Position numbers and translations under genes: made by a program. Below, piece after piece: positions 1-9,135 of a DNA stretch of 64,000 bases (positions are counted from its first letter, which is position 1; each line of letters begins with the position of its first letter). Origin of the DNA: Candidatus Magasanikiibacteriota bacterium (GTDB lineage Bacteria; Patescibacteriota; Patescibacteriia; Magasanikbacterales; GWA2-37-8); NCBI GenBank assembly GCA_046590235.1, contig JBKJTY010000032.1:6834-70833 (forward strand). Reading direction: 5' to 3'. Under the pieces are notes generated by a model. That model was not told the origin of the DNA. It was given only the letters and a program-made list of their open reading frames with translations, and did not search any database.

Positions 1-263
1 CGTTTGGTCTTCGAGAGTGGGCGGCATTCCACAAACTTAACGGTTTCGCCAACTTTCGCAGTATTTTTTTCATCGTGTACGTGGTACTTCTTACTGACAC
101 GAAACTTCTTCTGGTATTTTTCGTTCATTTTCATCGCGTCAACGCGTACAGTAATAGTTTTCTGCATGCTTGTTGAAGTAACGGTACCGATAAAGGAGCG
201 TTCGTTTTTAACGACAACTTCTTTTACTGGTTGTTCTTTTTTTGTAACTTTCTTTTTTTCCAT
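1..263 (-). CDS. rpsQ: 30S ribosomal protein S17 (3' end runs off the window)
   Basis: Manual translation from ATG at 263: [42 protein letters not shown]...[31 protein letters not shown], S17 motifs; follows rpmC. Confidence 0.95.
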   Translation of the reverse strand, partial: [87 protein letters not shown]

Positions 264-274
264 AGTAATAAGTA

Positions 275-463
275 TTATTTCGCTCGGTTAGCTAAAAGCA
301 TTTTGATCTGAGCGATGGTTTTGCGCTTCAAGCCAAACTCATGGACTTGCTTGATCTGTTTTGTCTTCATTGCAAAGCGCAAGCCATGAAGTTCAGTTTC
401 GAGCTTAGCGAGTTCTTCTTTTAATTCGTTCTCGCCTTTGTTTTGTAAATCAGCAAAGTTCAT
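275..463 (-). CDS. rpmC: 50S ribosomal protein L29
   Basis: 62 aa, ELxxLRF...KRKTIAQIK pattern; lies between rplP and rpsQ. Confidence 0.93.
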   Translation of the reverse strand: MNFADLQNKGENELKEELAKLETELHGLRFAMKTKQIKQVHEFGLKRKTIAQIKMLLANRAK

Positions 464-474
464 AGTAGTGAATG

Positions 475-891
475 TTAGCGTAACTTTTCAATAAACTTAG
501 TCTTGAGACCAAATTTATATCCGGCCATATCCATAGCTTCAACAGCTGATGCGCGTGGCACACCGACCATTTCAAAGAGGACTGTACCTGGTTTCACGAC
601 TGCAACGTAATGATCCGGAGCACCCTTACCACCACCCATAGGAGTTTCGTTACCTTTTTTGGTAACTGGCTTATCTGGGAAGATACGGATCCAAATCTTA
701 CCACCACGGCGGACGTAACGAGTCAACACACGGCGAGCAGCTTCAATTTGACGGCTGGTTACCCAACCATAACTCAAACTCTTTAAACCGCAATCACCGA
801 AATCAATCGAGTTGGCGCGAGTAGCGACGCCCTTTTGGCGACGGCGACCCTTGTGCCATTTACGGTGTTGTACTTTTTTAGGTAATAACAT
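475..891 (-). CDS. rplP: 50S ribosomal protein L16
   Basis: [32 protein letters not shown] motifs. Confidence 0.98.
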   Translation of the reverse strand: MLLPKKVQHRKWHKGRRRQKGVATRANSIDFGDCGLKSLSYGWVTSRQIEAARRVLTRYVRRGGKIWIRIFPDKPVTKKGNETPMGGGKGAPDHYVAVVKPGTVLFEMVGVPRASAVEAMDMAGYKFGLKTKFIEKLR

Positions 892-912
892 ATAAGCAAA
901 TCCTTAGGTCGA

Positions 913-1602
913 TTATTTATGCTTCTTGGTTTCTTCGGTCTCTTTCTTCGCGAACTTATCTTTCTTACCAAAGACTTCACCATTGTAAATCCAAACTTTA
1001 ACACCAATTTTACCTTGCAAAGTGTGTGCTTCCGCGAGAGCGTAATCAACATCACTGCGCATGGTGATCAAAGACATCTTACCTGCAGCGAGCATTTCGC
1101 GGCGAGCAATTTCAGCACCGTTCAAACGGCCGGACATCGCGATCTTCACACCCTTACCACCAGCTGCCATGACTTTTTCAATAGCTTGCTTCATGATGCG
1201 GCGGAATGGAAGACGTTTTTCAATGTCAGCTGCAGCATTCTGTGCAACGATAGCAGCAGATAATGCTGGTTGGTTGACAGGCTGGATGTTTAATTTAACT
1301 TTGACTTTAAATTGCAAAATCTTCTTTTCGATTTCCTTACGGATTACTTCGAGGCCTTCACCACCGCGACCGATCACCACGCCTGGCTTAGCTGCCAAGA
1401 TAGTAACCACAACTTCTTTTGAAGTGCGTTCAATACTAATTGCATCAACGCCTGCTTCTTTTAGTTTCTTTTCCAAGAATTCGCGGATAGCAATTTCTTG
1501 CTGCAAATACTGAGCGTATAATTCTCGTTTAGCGAACCAGCGAGAATCCCAAGGAAAGATAAATGGGGTGCGGTGAATTTTCGGATGGACTTTGTGACCC
1601 AT
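913..1602 (-). CDS. rpsC: 30S ribosomal protein S3
   Basis: MGHKVHP, KPGVVIGRGG, SGRLNGAEIAR, GKIGVKVWIY. Confidence 0.98.
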   Translation of the reverse strand: MGHKVHPKIHRTPFIFPWDSRWFAKRELYAQYLQQEIAIREFLEKKLKEAGVDAISIERTSKEVVVTILAAKPGVVIGRGGEGLEVIRKEIEKKILQFKVKVKLNIQPVNQPALSAAIVAQNAAADIEKRLPFRRIMKQAIEKVMAAGGKGVKIAMSGRLNGAEIARREMLAAGKMSLITMRSDVDYALAEAHTLQGKIGVKVWIYNGEVFGKKDKFAKKETEETKKHK

Positions 1603-1611
1603 AGGTAAAAA

Positions 1612-1998
1612 TTATTGTTTCTTAGACTTTGCTGGCGCCTTAGCAGTCTTCTCAGGTTTTGGGAAGCTAGCTAAAACCAAGCTGATGTGTGATGTGCGTT
1701 CTCGAACTGGAGTAGCACGGCCATGAGCTTTTGGCATGGAACGTTTAATCATTGGACCACCATCAACAGTGACTGTTTTGATCACTAAATCTTCTGCTTT
1801 ATAGGAGTGGTTGTGTTTTGCATTCGCAATTGCGGATGACAAAACTTTGGCCATGATTTTAGCAGTCTTTTTGTTGATAACTGCCAAGTTATCCATAGCA
1901 CGAGCGACGCGCTTACCTCGAATCAAATCAGCGATCAAACGCATGCGGCGAGGAGAAGAGCGAACGTAGTTTAATTGTGCGGTTACTTCCGTGTTCAT
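1612..1998 (-). CDS. rplV: 50S ribosomal protein L22
   Basis: SPRRMRLIADLIRGK, SAIANAKHN, PKAHGRA...TSHI. Confidence 0.97.
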   Translation of the reverse strand: MNTEVTAQLNYVRSSPRRMRLIADLIRGKRVARAMDNLAVINKKTAKIMAKVLSSAIANAKHNHSYKAEDLVIKTVTVDGGPMIKRSMPKAHGRATPVRERTSHISLVLASFPKPEKTAKAPAKSKKQ

Positions 1999-2008
1999 AC
2001 GCTATAGA

Positions 2009-2329
2009 TTATTTTTTAGCGGCTGGAGCAGCGGCAGCAGGTGCTGCAGCTTTTGCATCGTCCTTCTGCATCTTACCACCGTGACGAATGAATTTACGTG
2101 TTGGTGAAAATTCGCCTAAGCGATGACCAACCATATTTTCATCACATAAAACAGTGAGAAAATCCTTGCCGTTGTGTACCAAAAAGGTAACACCGACCAT
2201 TTCTGGAGAAATGACGCAAGCGCGGGACCAGGTTTTAATAGAGCCACGTTTACCACTCTTTTTAAGCGCTTCAACTTTCTTGATAACGCGAGGGTCAATG
2301 TAGGCACCTTTTTTTTGACTTCGTGACAT
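2009..2329 (-). CDS. rpsS: 30S ribosomal protein S19
   Basis: [24 protein letters not shown]. Confidence 0.98.
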   Translation of the reverse strand: MSRSQKKGAYIDPRVIKKVEALKKSGKRGSIKTWSRACVISPEMVGVTFLVHNGKDFLTVLCDENMVGHRLGEFSPTRKFIRHGGKMQKDDAKAAAPAAAAPAAKK

Positions 2330-2339
2330 AGGTTATATA

Positions 2340-3191
2340 TTAGGCAAGCGAGTTCTTGGAACGACGGGATTGAATAATGAACTTGTCGCTCCACTTTTTT
2401 GGCTTACGGGTTTTAACACCGCGAGCTGGTTTACCGTATACAGTTTGTGGACCACGTTTCTGACCGATAGGACTATGGCCTTCACCACCACCGTGCGGGT
2501 GATCAACAGGGTTCATATTCTTACCTTTAACAGTTGGTTTGATACCACGGTGACGCATGCGACCTGCTTTACCCCAGCGGATCAAGCGGCGGTCTGGGTT
2601 AGAGAGCACACCGATTGTTGCCATACATTCTTTAATGATGGAACGAGTTTCGCCGGATGGTAAACGGATTTGAGCGTATTCACCTTCTGTACCAATGAGC
2701 TGAGCTGAAAGACCAGCACCACGAGCCAACTGACCACCTTTACCAGGAGTCATTTCAACGTTGAAGATGAAGAGACCAACTGGAATGTTTTTGAGTGGCA
2801 TGCGGTTGCCGGATTTTGCTTCAATAGTACCTGCGGATGAGCGAACGACTTCGCCAACTTTCAACGCTTCTGGAGCCAAGATATAAGACTTGGTACTATC
2901 AGTGTATTGAATCAAAGCGATGCGAGCACCACGGTTTGGATCGTATTCAATTGCCAAAACAGTAGCGTCCATGTCGTATTTGTTCTGCTTGAAATCTACC
3001 AAGCGGTAGTATTTCTTTGCGCCACCACTCTTGTGGCGAACAGTGATAACACCTTGGTTATTGCGACCAGAATGTGGTTGCAAAAACTCTACCAGACTTT
3101 TTTCTGGTTCCCATTTGGTAATATCTGCAAACGTGTCGGAGCTGGAGTTGCGGCGACCCGGTGATGTTGGTTTGTAAACTTTAATCGGCAT
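2340..3191 (-). CDS. rplB: 50S ribosomal protein L2
   Basis: GRNNQGVITVRH, IEYDPNR, MNPVDHPHGGGEG. Confidence 0.99.
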   Translation of the reverse strand: MPIKVYKPTSPGRRNSSSDTFADITKWEPEKSLVEFLQPHSGRNNQGVITVRHKSGGAKKYYRLVDFKQNKYDMDATVLAIEYDPNRGARIALIQYTDSTKSYILAPEALKVGEVVRSSAGTIEAKSGNRMPLKNIPVGLFIFNVEMTPGKGGQLARGAGLSAQLIGTEGEYAQIRLPSGETRSIIKECMATIGVLSNPDRRLIRWGKAGRMRHRGIKPTVKGKNMNPVDHPHGGGEGHSPIGQKRGPQTVYGKPARGVKTRKPKKWSDKFIIQSRRSKNSLA

Positions 3192-3202
3192 ACTTTTGTA
3201 GA

Positions 3203-3637
3203 TTAGACACCTTCATGAATCGTAATCGTCTTACCTTTAGGAAGGGTGACAATAGCTTTTTTCATATCAGCTTTTCGGCCCAAGTTTTTGCCAAAGCGGA
3301 CGCGGTGACCTTCGACGTTAACAACGTTAACGGCAATCGGATCAACATTATATAATTCTTTGATCGCCACTTTAACTTGGTTCTTCTTCGCAGAAGCAGG
3401 AACGATAAAGGTATATTTGTTGTTTGTACTTTGTGCTAATGCTGCTTTTTCAGTAACAACCGGGCGGAGCAAAATAGTGTGAGCAGTCTTTGCAGTGGTA
3501 GCGGTAGTTGTAGCAACAACTTCAGTTTCAGCTTTTGGCGCTGCCTTTTTGGTAGCACGAGCTTTCTTTGGAGCTGCAGCTTTTACTTCGCTAGCTGGTT
3601 TAGCTGTCTTTTTTGAAATGCGGTCGATGATTCCCAT
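3203..3637 (-). CDS. rplW: 50S ribosomal protein L23 with Lys/Ala-rich N-terminal extension
   Basis: RPVVTEKA, KYTFIV, KKAIVTL core; position between rplD and rplB. Confidence 0.95.
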   Translation of the reverse strand: MGIIDRISKKTAKPASEVKAAAPKKARATKKAAPKAETEVVATTTATTAKTAHTILLRPVVTEKAALAQSTNNKYTFIVPASAKKNQVKVAIKELYNVDPIAVNVVNVEGHRVRFGKNLGRKADMKKAIVTLPKGKTITIHEGV

Positions 3638-3646
3638 AATCGTTCA

Positions 3647-4276
3647 TTATTTAATAAGAACCTCTTCCAACTTCTTCAAACCTTCAACACTAGTGATAAT
3701 AGCTTGCTTGGAAAGAAGTGATGCAACGTTTGCATCTTCTGCGCGCATTGTATCAACTTTTTTCAAGTTGCTAGTCATGCGGAGCACTTTCGCGTCCTTA
3801 CCTGGGGTAAGAATCAAGAAACTGTGTTGCTTAGCTGGAAGCGCTTTTAACAACGCTACAAAATCTTTAGTTTTAGGTTCAGCAAATCCGAAATTTTCAA
3901 GAATCCACAAGGAACCATTTTGTGCTTTGTCGGACAATACCATCTTGGTAGCCAAACGGCGGGTTTTCTTGTTAATTTTTGTTTTATAGTTGCGTTCAGC
4001 TTTTGGACCAAAAGTCACGCCGCCGCCCTTCCAAATTGGAGAACGTGTGGAACCGTGACGTGCGCGGCCTGTACCTTTTTGTTGCCATGGTTTTTTACCA
4101 CCACCGCGAACATCGCCGCGGCCTTTAGTATCAGCCCATGATTCACGAGCGTTGTTTGTCTGAGCGACAAAAACTTCGTGGACAACTTCTGGTCTAACGG
4201 CAACATTAAAAATGTCATCGTTCAAAGCGACGTCGCCTTTTTCTTTACCAGCTAATGTGTAAACGGTAAGTTTCAT
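3647..4276 (-). CDS. rplD: 50S ribosomal protein L4
   Basis: TKGRGDVRGGGKKPWQQKGTGRARHGS motif; start placed at MKLTVY (ATG 4276). Confidence 0.97.
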   Translation of the reverse strand: MKLTVYTLAGKEKGDVALNDDIFNVAVRPEVVHEVFVAQTNNARESWADTKGRGDVRGGGKKPWQQKGTGRARHGSTRSPIWKGGGVTFGPKAERNYKTKINKKTRRLATKMVLSDKAQNGSLWILENFGFAEPKTKDFVALLKALPAKQHSFLILTPGKDAKVLRMTSNLKKVDTMRAEDANVASLLSKQAIITSVEGLKKLEEVLIK

Positions 4277-4292
4277 ATATGTATAGTGGTGA

Positions 4293-4976
4293 TTATGCAG
4301 CTGCTGGAGCATTTTCTGCAGGTTGTGCTGCTACAGGAGCTGACTTCTTTGCAATCTTTAATTCACCAACACCTTGGATGATGAGTAAACCATTTTTACC
4401 ACCTGGAACTGCACCCTTAATGAGGAGTTCGTTAGTAGCTGGATCTACTGCAACAATTTCTAAATTTTTAACAGTAACGCGATCGCCACCCATACGGCCA
4501 GCCATACGCATACCTTTGAAAACGCGTTGCACACCACCGGCACCGATAGAACCTGGAGCACGGAGATCGTGTTTGTGACCGTGAGTTGCAGGAGCACCAC
4601 GGAAATGGTGACGCTTAACAACACCGGCAAAACCTTTACCTTTTGATGTACCGATAACTTCAACAACATCACCTGGGACAAATGTGTCTACAGTAATGAA
4701 GTCGCCGCGTTCGATACCATCAACTTTTTCCATACCGAATTCGCGCAAATCTTGCACGGCTTCGAGGCCTTTTACGTGACCAGCGTGAGGTTTACTCATG
4801 CGGAATTCACGCATTTCGCCAAAACCAACTTGGAGCGAAACTTGGTTATCTTTCGTTCCATCCTTTACTTGCGTGACCTGGCAAGGTCCTGCGAGAACTT
4901 TGGTAACTGGAATTACGTCACCGTTCTGGCCGAAAACTTGAGTCATGCCTACTTTTTTTCCGAGAATGAATTTCAT
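4293..4976 (-). CDS. rplC: 50S ribosomal protein L3
   Basis: MKFILGKKVGMTQVF, SKGKGFAGVVKRH, RAPGSIG, GMRMAGRMG; start at ATG 4976. Confidence 0.98.
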   Translation of the reverse strand: MKFILGKKVGMTQVFGQNGDVIPVTKVLAGPCQVTQVKDGTKDNQVSLQVGFGEMREFRMSKPHAGHVKGLEAVQDLREFGMEKVDGIERGDFITVDTFVPGDVVEVIGTSKGKGFAGVVKRHHFRGAPATHGHKHDLRAPGSIGAGGVQRVFKGMRMAGRMGGDRVTVKNLEIVAVDPATNELLIKGAVPGGKNGLLIIQGVGELKIAKKSAPVAAQPAENAPAAA

Positions 4977-5378
4977 ACAAGTAATTAAATACATTGTTCC
5001 TACCCCGGGTTTTTCGTAAAGGAACACCTCAGCATCTTTGTAGAGATGTCCATCGGCGAATTACCGCGGTAGCTTTTCAATGTGAACAGACTCTTAATTC
5101 TACTTAACAAAAAACTAGAAGCGCTGACACTGAGAGAAACTCAGTCCTGACGCCTCTAGCCTTCCTCGACCGCCGAAGCTTAAGCGAAGGAGGTCCCATT
5201 GTAAGGGCACCTTGCTATAACTTGTTAGGTCACGTCAACAGAAACCTGCGACGCAGAATGGCTTTTTGTAGTAAAATGTTAAGTTAATTCTCCTGAAAAT
5301 AAAGCTATCCGGTTTAAATGTTTTCTTGGCTAAGATTAGCCTAAGATCTTATTTACTGAAAAGCATTATTTTTACGTA
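4977..5378 (-). promoter_or_regulatory. Long structured 5' leader of rplC with an internal terminator-like hairpin (5110-5159)
   Basis: Non-coding; minus strand CTAGAGGCG...ACTGAG-TTTCT-CTCAGT...CGCTTCTAG followed by TTTTTT; downstream of a consensus promoter. Confidence 0.6.
5164..5195. repeat. REP-like palindromic element, family A (CCGCCTTCGCTAAAGCTWCGGCGGGC-like)
   Basis: Reverse complement GACCTCCTTCGCTTAAGCTTCGGCGGTCGAGG resembles the copies at 11229 and 61725. Confidence 0.6.
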
Positions 5379-5383
5379 GTTCG

Positions 5384-5412
5384 AGTATACCTCGTATCAA
5401 CGTATTTGTCAA
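5384..5412 (-). promoter_or_regulatory. sigma70 promoter for the rplC...rpsQ operon
   Basis: TTGACA (5412-5407), 17-bp spacer, TATACT (5389-5384). Confidence 0.8.
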
Positions 5413-5434
5413 TACCTAGCCTAAAAGCTAGACA

Positions 5435-5782
5435 TTACATTTTGATTTCGATATCAACACCAGCTGGAAGGCTGAGACTCATCAATGCGTCAACACACTT
5501 TGGGTTAGCATTCATGATATCTACCAAACGCTTGTGGACGCGCATTTCGAACTGTTCACGAGCGTCTTTGTGGACGAAAGTAGAACGGTTAACAGTGAAT
5601 TTCACCTTTTCGGTTGGGAGTGGTACTGGACCAACTACCTGTGCGTCGTGGCGTGTAGCTGTTTCAACAATTGTCTTCGTTGCTTGGTCGATAATACGGT
5701 TATCGTAAGCGCGGATTTTGATGCGAATACGGCTGCCTGCTTCTTCTTTCTTGGTTTGGGTTGTTTTTGCTGCAGTAGACAT
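5435..5782 (-). CDS. rpsJ: 30S ribosomal protein S10
   Basis: [32 protein letters not shown]. Confidence 0.98.
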   Translation of the reverse strand: MSTAAKTTQTKKEEAGSRIRIKIRAYDNRIIDQATKTIVETATRHDAQVVGPVPLPTEKVKFTVNRSTFVHKDAREQFEMRVHKRLVDIMNANPKCVDALMSLSLPAGVDIEIKM

Positions 5783-5849
5783 GTTATTTAATTAAAGAAC
5801 ATTAATGAACAAAACCAAGGGGGCCACTTTTCAGCGACCCCCATGATCC

Positions 5850-7040
5850 TTATTTTGTAATTTTAACAACGACACCTGAACCAACTGTGCGTCCACCTTC
5901 GCGGATAGCAAAGTTCATCTTTTCTTCGATAGCAACTGGAACGATGAGTTTAACCTTGATAGACACGTTGTCACCAGGCATAACCATTTCAACACCAGCT
6001 GGGAGTTCGATTTCACCAGTTACATCAGTTGTGCGGATGTAGAACTGTGGTTTGTAACCCTTGAAGAAAGGTTTGTGGCGACCACCTTCGTCTTTTGTCA
6101 AAACGTAGATTTCACCATCAAATTCAGTGTGAGCTTTAGCAGTACCAGTCTTAGCTAAGACCATACCACGTTCAACTTCTTCTTTCTTTGTACCACGGAG
6201 CAAGATACCTGCGTTATCACCAGCTTGACCTTCTTTCAACTGTTTGTTGAACATTTCAATACCAGTAACGACAGTTTTCATGTTGTCTTCGCGGAGACCA
6301 ACGATTTCGATTTCGTCGTTGATTTTGATCATACCACGTTCGATACGACCTGTTACCACAGTACCACGGCCTTCAATAGAGAAGACATCTTCAACTGGCA
6401 TGAGGAAAGGTTTATCAGTAGCGCGAACTGGTTCTGGGATGAATTCATCACAAGCTTTCATGAGATCCAAAATTGGCTTGGAAGCTGCTTCATCAGTTGG
6501 GTTAGCCAACGCTTTTGAAGAAGAACCGCGGATAACTGGCACTTTGTCGCCAGGGAAGCCGTATTTAGTCAACAAATCACGAACTTCAGCCTCAACGAGG
6601 TCAATGAGTTCAGGGTCAGAAACCATGTCAACTTTGTTCAAGTAGACAACGATTGTAGGCACACCAACCTGTTTAGCAAGCAAGATGTGTTCGCGAGTCT
6701 GAGGCATAGGACCATCAGCTGCTGAAACAACGAGGATAGCACCGTCCATCTGAGCTGCACCAGTGATCATGTTTTTAACATAGTCAGCGTGGCCAGGACA
6801 GTCAACGTGTGCGTAGTGTCGCTTATCTGTTTCGTATTCTACGTGAGCGGTAGAAATGGTAATACCACGAGCTTTTGACTCAGGACTCTTGTCGAGACCA
6901 TCAACGCCAATATCTTTAGCACTGCCTCCGCGGGAGGAGAGCACTTTCAAGATAGCTGCGGTGGTAGTGGTTTTGCCGTGGTCGACGTGACCAATGGTAC
7001 CAATATTCACGTGTGGTTTGGACCGAATAAAATCAGCCAT
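5850..7040 (-). CDS. tuf: Elongation factor Tu
   Basis: [47 protein letters not shown]. Confidence 0.99.
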   Translation of the reverse strand: MADFIRSKPHVNIGTIGHVDHGKTTTTAAILKVLSSRGGSAKDIGVDGLDKSPESKARGITISTAHVEYETDKRHYAHVDCPGHADYVKNMITGAAQMDGAILVVSAADGPMPQTREHILLAKQVGVPTIVVYLNKVDMVSDPELIDLVEAEVRDLLTKYGFPGDKVPVIRGSSSKALANPTDEAASKPILDLMKACDEFIPEPVRATDKPFLMPVEDVFSIEGRGTVVTGRIERGMIKINDEIEIVGLREDNMKTVVTGIEMFNKQLKEGQAGDNAGILLRGTKKEEVERGMVLAKTGTAKAHTEFDGEIYVLTKDEGGRHKPFFKGYKPQFYIRTTDVTGEIELPAGVEMVMPGDNVSIKVKLIVPVAIEEKMNFAIREGGRTVGSGVVVKITK

Positions 7041-7156
7041 ACAAATATATATCGCGACACTGTCCCGAGTGGTCGGTCCAGATTTGTTTCCCAGTCGCTT
7101 TTTTTATGATTTTTGAAAAAAATAGTTGCTAAATCTCACTTAGAATTAGCGAGTCG

Positions 7157-7185
7157 ATTATAACAGAAAGCCTCTATCTTGGCAA
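7157..7185 (-). promoter_or_regulatory. sigma70 promoter for tuf-rpsJ
   Basis: TTGCCA, 17 bp, TATAAT with extended -10 TG. Confidence 0.7.
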
Positions 7186-7226
7186 GAGCTTACCCATGTG
7201 GACAAGCTGTGGGTTGAATACGTTTT

Positions 7227-7652
7227 TTACTCAACTGGTTCTAAATAAAACTTTTCCTCTTCACCATCGTTCGGTACGTCAGCCAAATTTTCTTCGTTTT
7301 CTTGGCGAACTACTGGCGTTTCTCTTACTTCTGGTAAAGGTTCTAAATGCGGTTCAGACTCAATGGTTGGCGCCTTCCCAGCATTTCCCACTTCCCCGAC
7401 TTCTGTCGGAACCTGTGGCATCACTTCCACTTTTGGCTCTTTTTCCTGCGTATCGATCAGATCATCGAGCACATAGTCATGCAGACTGTCGTCGTCGGAA
7501 TCTTTTGGATCGTCTTGAACACTAATCATATCCTCATACTGGTTGAGGTTCATCATCATGAAGACATCATCACTTTCCATATCCATCACAAAAGCCTTGT
7601 CCCCTGTCGCACGCATTACGCTGAGCATTCGTTGCAATTGTTTCTCGCGCAT
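7227..7652 (-). CDS. Hypothetical acidic protein (small folded N-terminus, acidic disordered linker, C-terminal FYLEPVE)
   Basis: 141-aa ORF co-oriented with tuf; composition typical of real protein. Confidence 0.75.
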   Translation of the reverse strand: MREKQLQRMLSVMRATGDKAFVMDMESDDVFMMMNLNQYEDMISVQDDPKDSDDDSLHDYVLDDLIDTQEKEPKVEVMPQVPTEVGEVGNAGKAPTIESEPHLEPLPEVRETPVVRQENEENLADVPNDGEEEKFYLEPVE

Positions 7653-7736
7653 ACCTCAAAAAATTAGTTTACAAGCCTCTTATAATTAACACATGTATTT
7701 CGTCCCGTCAATACAGAGACGAACAGCCGAACGCAA

Positions 7737-8054
7737 TTAATCGCGTTCGGCATTTTCCCCTTCTTGTAATAGTGTTGTTTCCTCCTTTTTTTCCTCTACC
7801 CAGAGTCCGCGCAATTTAAGCGCGATTAGAATAGTTTCCCACTCATGATACCAGGTCGCCTGATTAAACCTCGTTTGTTCCTCTTCCGGTGGAAGAAGGA
7901 CAAACATGAGTTTTATTTCAGCAGTCATTACGAGCCGATGACCGCTTTCCTCGTGCTTCATCGTGTACGGATCTATGCGGTAGGCAAAGGTCCACCCTGC
8001 TTGCATAAGCTTTATCCGAAACTCTCTGAACTGATCATTGAGCCTACGCCGCAT
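7737..8054 (-). CDS. Orphan hypothetical protein (cassette-type)
   Basis: AGGAGG SD before ATG; promoter TTGACT-16-TAAAAT at 8115-8088. Confidence 0.65.
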   Translation of the reverse strand: MRRRLNDQFREFRIKLMQAGWTFAYRIDPYTMKHEESGHRLVMTAEIKLMFVLLPPEEEQTRFNQATWYHEWETILIALKLRGLWVEEKKEETTLLQEGENAERD

Positions 8055-8226
8055 GACGTCCTCCTGGTGAGTGGTAAGCGTGGCATAATTTTACTCTTTT
8101 ATACTGCAAAGTCAATGTATAAAAGATAAAGCTGCAATCAAATTTTGTATAAAAAGAAAGCGACCCCGGTTCGTTGTAAGACGTACCGGGGTCGAATGTT
8201 CACTGACACTTCTTTAAGTGTGTTCG

Positions 8227-8634
8227 CTAATGCTTGGTTGGAGAAGTCGGGGTGAATCCACCAGGGATCCGCCCATCCTCGATGCCGAGCTCTTCATCGC
8301 TCGGACTGCCGAGAGGTGTGATCTCAATAGTCACGTCATCGGTGAACTTGAAGTTGAATGACAGAGTCAGGTATGGTCCCATTACCTCTGCCTTATCGAG
8401 CACGGTAAATTCATCGATCTTCACCAGACTCTTATTGATCTCGAGGCGTTCGGTGGCCCCATTGCCGAAGATGAAGTCGATCACCACATCGTCGGGCTTT
8501 TCGTCCGGTTGCGGCGCTGGCCAGCCGGTGATGGAAATTTTGATCTGCCTCTTGTCCTCGCTGAAGATGAAACCTTCGTTGCTACGAAACCATACAACGC
8601 GTCCGCCTTCAACACGAAAACGTGTTCCAATCAT
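8227..8634 (-). CDS. Orphan hypothetical protein, beta-rich (cassette-type)
   Basis: AGGAG SD; consensus promoter TTGACA-17-TATAAT at 8755-8727; GC hairpin at 8161-8194 downstream. Confidence 0.7.
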   Translation of the reverse strand: MIGTRFRVEGGRVVWFRSNEGFIFSEDKRQIKISITGWPAPQPDEKPDDVVIDFIFGNGATERLEINKSLVKIDEFTVLDKAEVMGPYLTLSFNFKFTDDVTIEITPLGSPSDEELGIEDGRIPGGFTPTSPTKH

Positions 8635-8800
8635 ATTCTTCTCCTGTTTACAGTGAACCGAAAGCCCACAATGTTGGGGACCATCCCCGAGTTGTAGAGC
8701 TATCAGCGGCTGTAAAGGAACAGTGGATTATACACCTTTTTAGCGCTTTTGTCAAGATATACACCTAAAAATGAAGCGCCACGCAGGATGAGTGCGTGGC

Positions 8801-9025
8801 TTAGTGCTTCACTGTGTGATGGGTGGACTTGCGGCGGGAACGTCTTACTCCTCGTTCATTTTTCGGTGAAGTAAACTTTTCCATCTCCTGGAAAAGTGCG
8901 AGCGTAGCCGCATGGCACGCAAGCTCTTCGTCACCGACTTCGAAAATCATGTCATCCAGGATTTTGGATCCGATAGTTGCAGCGTGCCTAAACGCTTTTA
9001 TTTTCCGAGCAGTACTCGTTTCCAT
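8801..9025 (-). CDS. Orphan hypothetical protein with basic C-terminal tail (cassette-type)
   Basis: Start METSTARK after AAAGGAGG; promoter TTGACG-17-TATGCT at 9086-9058; hairpin at 8778-8800. Confidence 0.65.
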   Translation of the reverse strand: METSTARKIKAFRHAATIGSKILDDMIFEVGDEELACHAATLALFQEMEKFTSPKNERGVRRSRRKSTHHTVKH

Positions 9026-9091
9026 AAGGATCCTCCTTTCACAGTGAACGTATCTGGAGCATACCACGGGTTTTTAGAGACGTCAAAAAAT

Positions 9092-9119
9092 AAAAAACAC
9101 TCCCGAGCGGGAGTGTTTT
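9092..9119 (-). terminator. Intrinsic terminator after fusA
   Basis: AAAACACTCCC-GAGC-GGGAGTGTTTT inverted repeat with A/T tracts. Confidence 0.8.
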
Positions 9120-9135
9120 GTTTGAACTGTAAAGA

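Noticed and set aside
7195-7215. DnaA-box-like TGTGGACAA as an origin
   Set aside because: Isolated mismatched box with no cluster and no dnaA/dnaN nearby.
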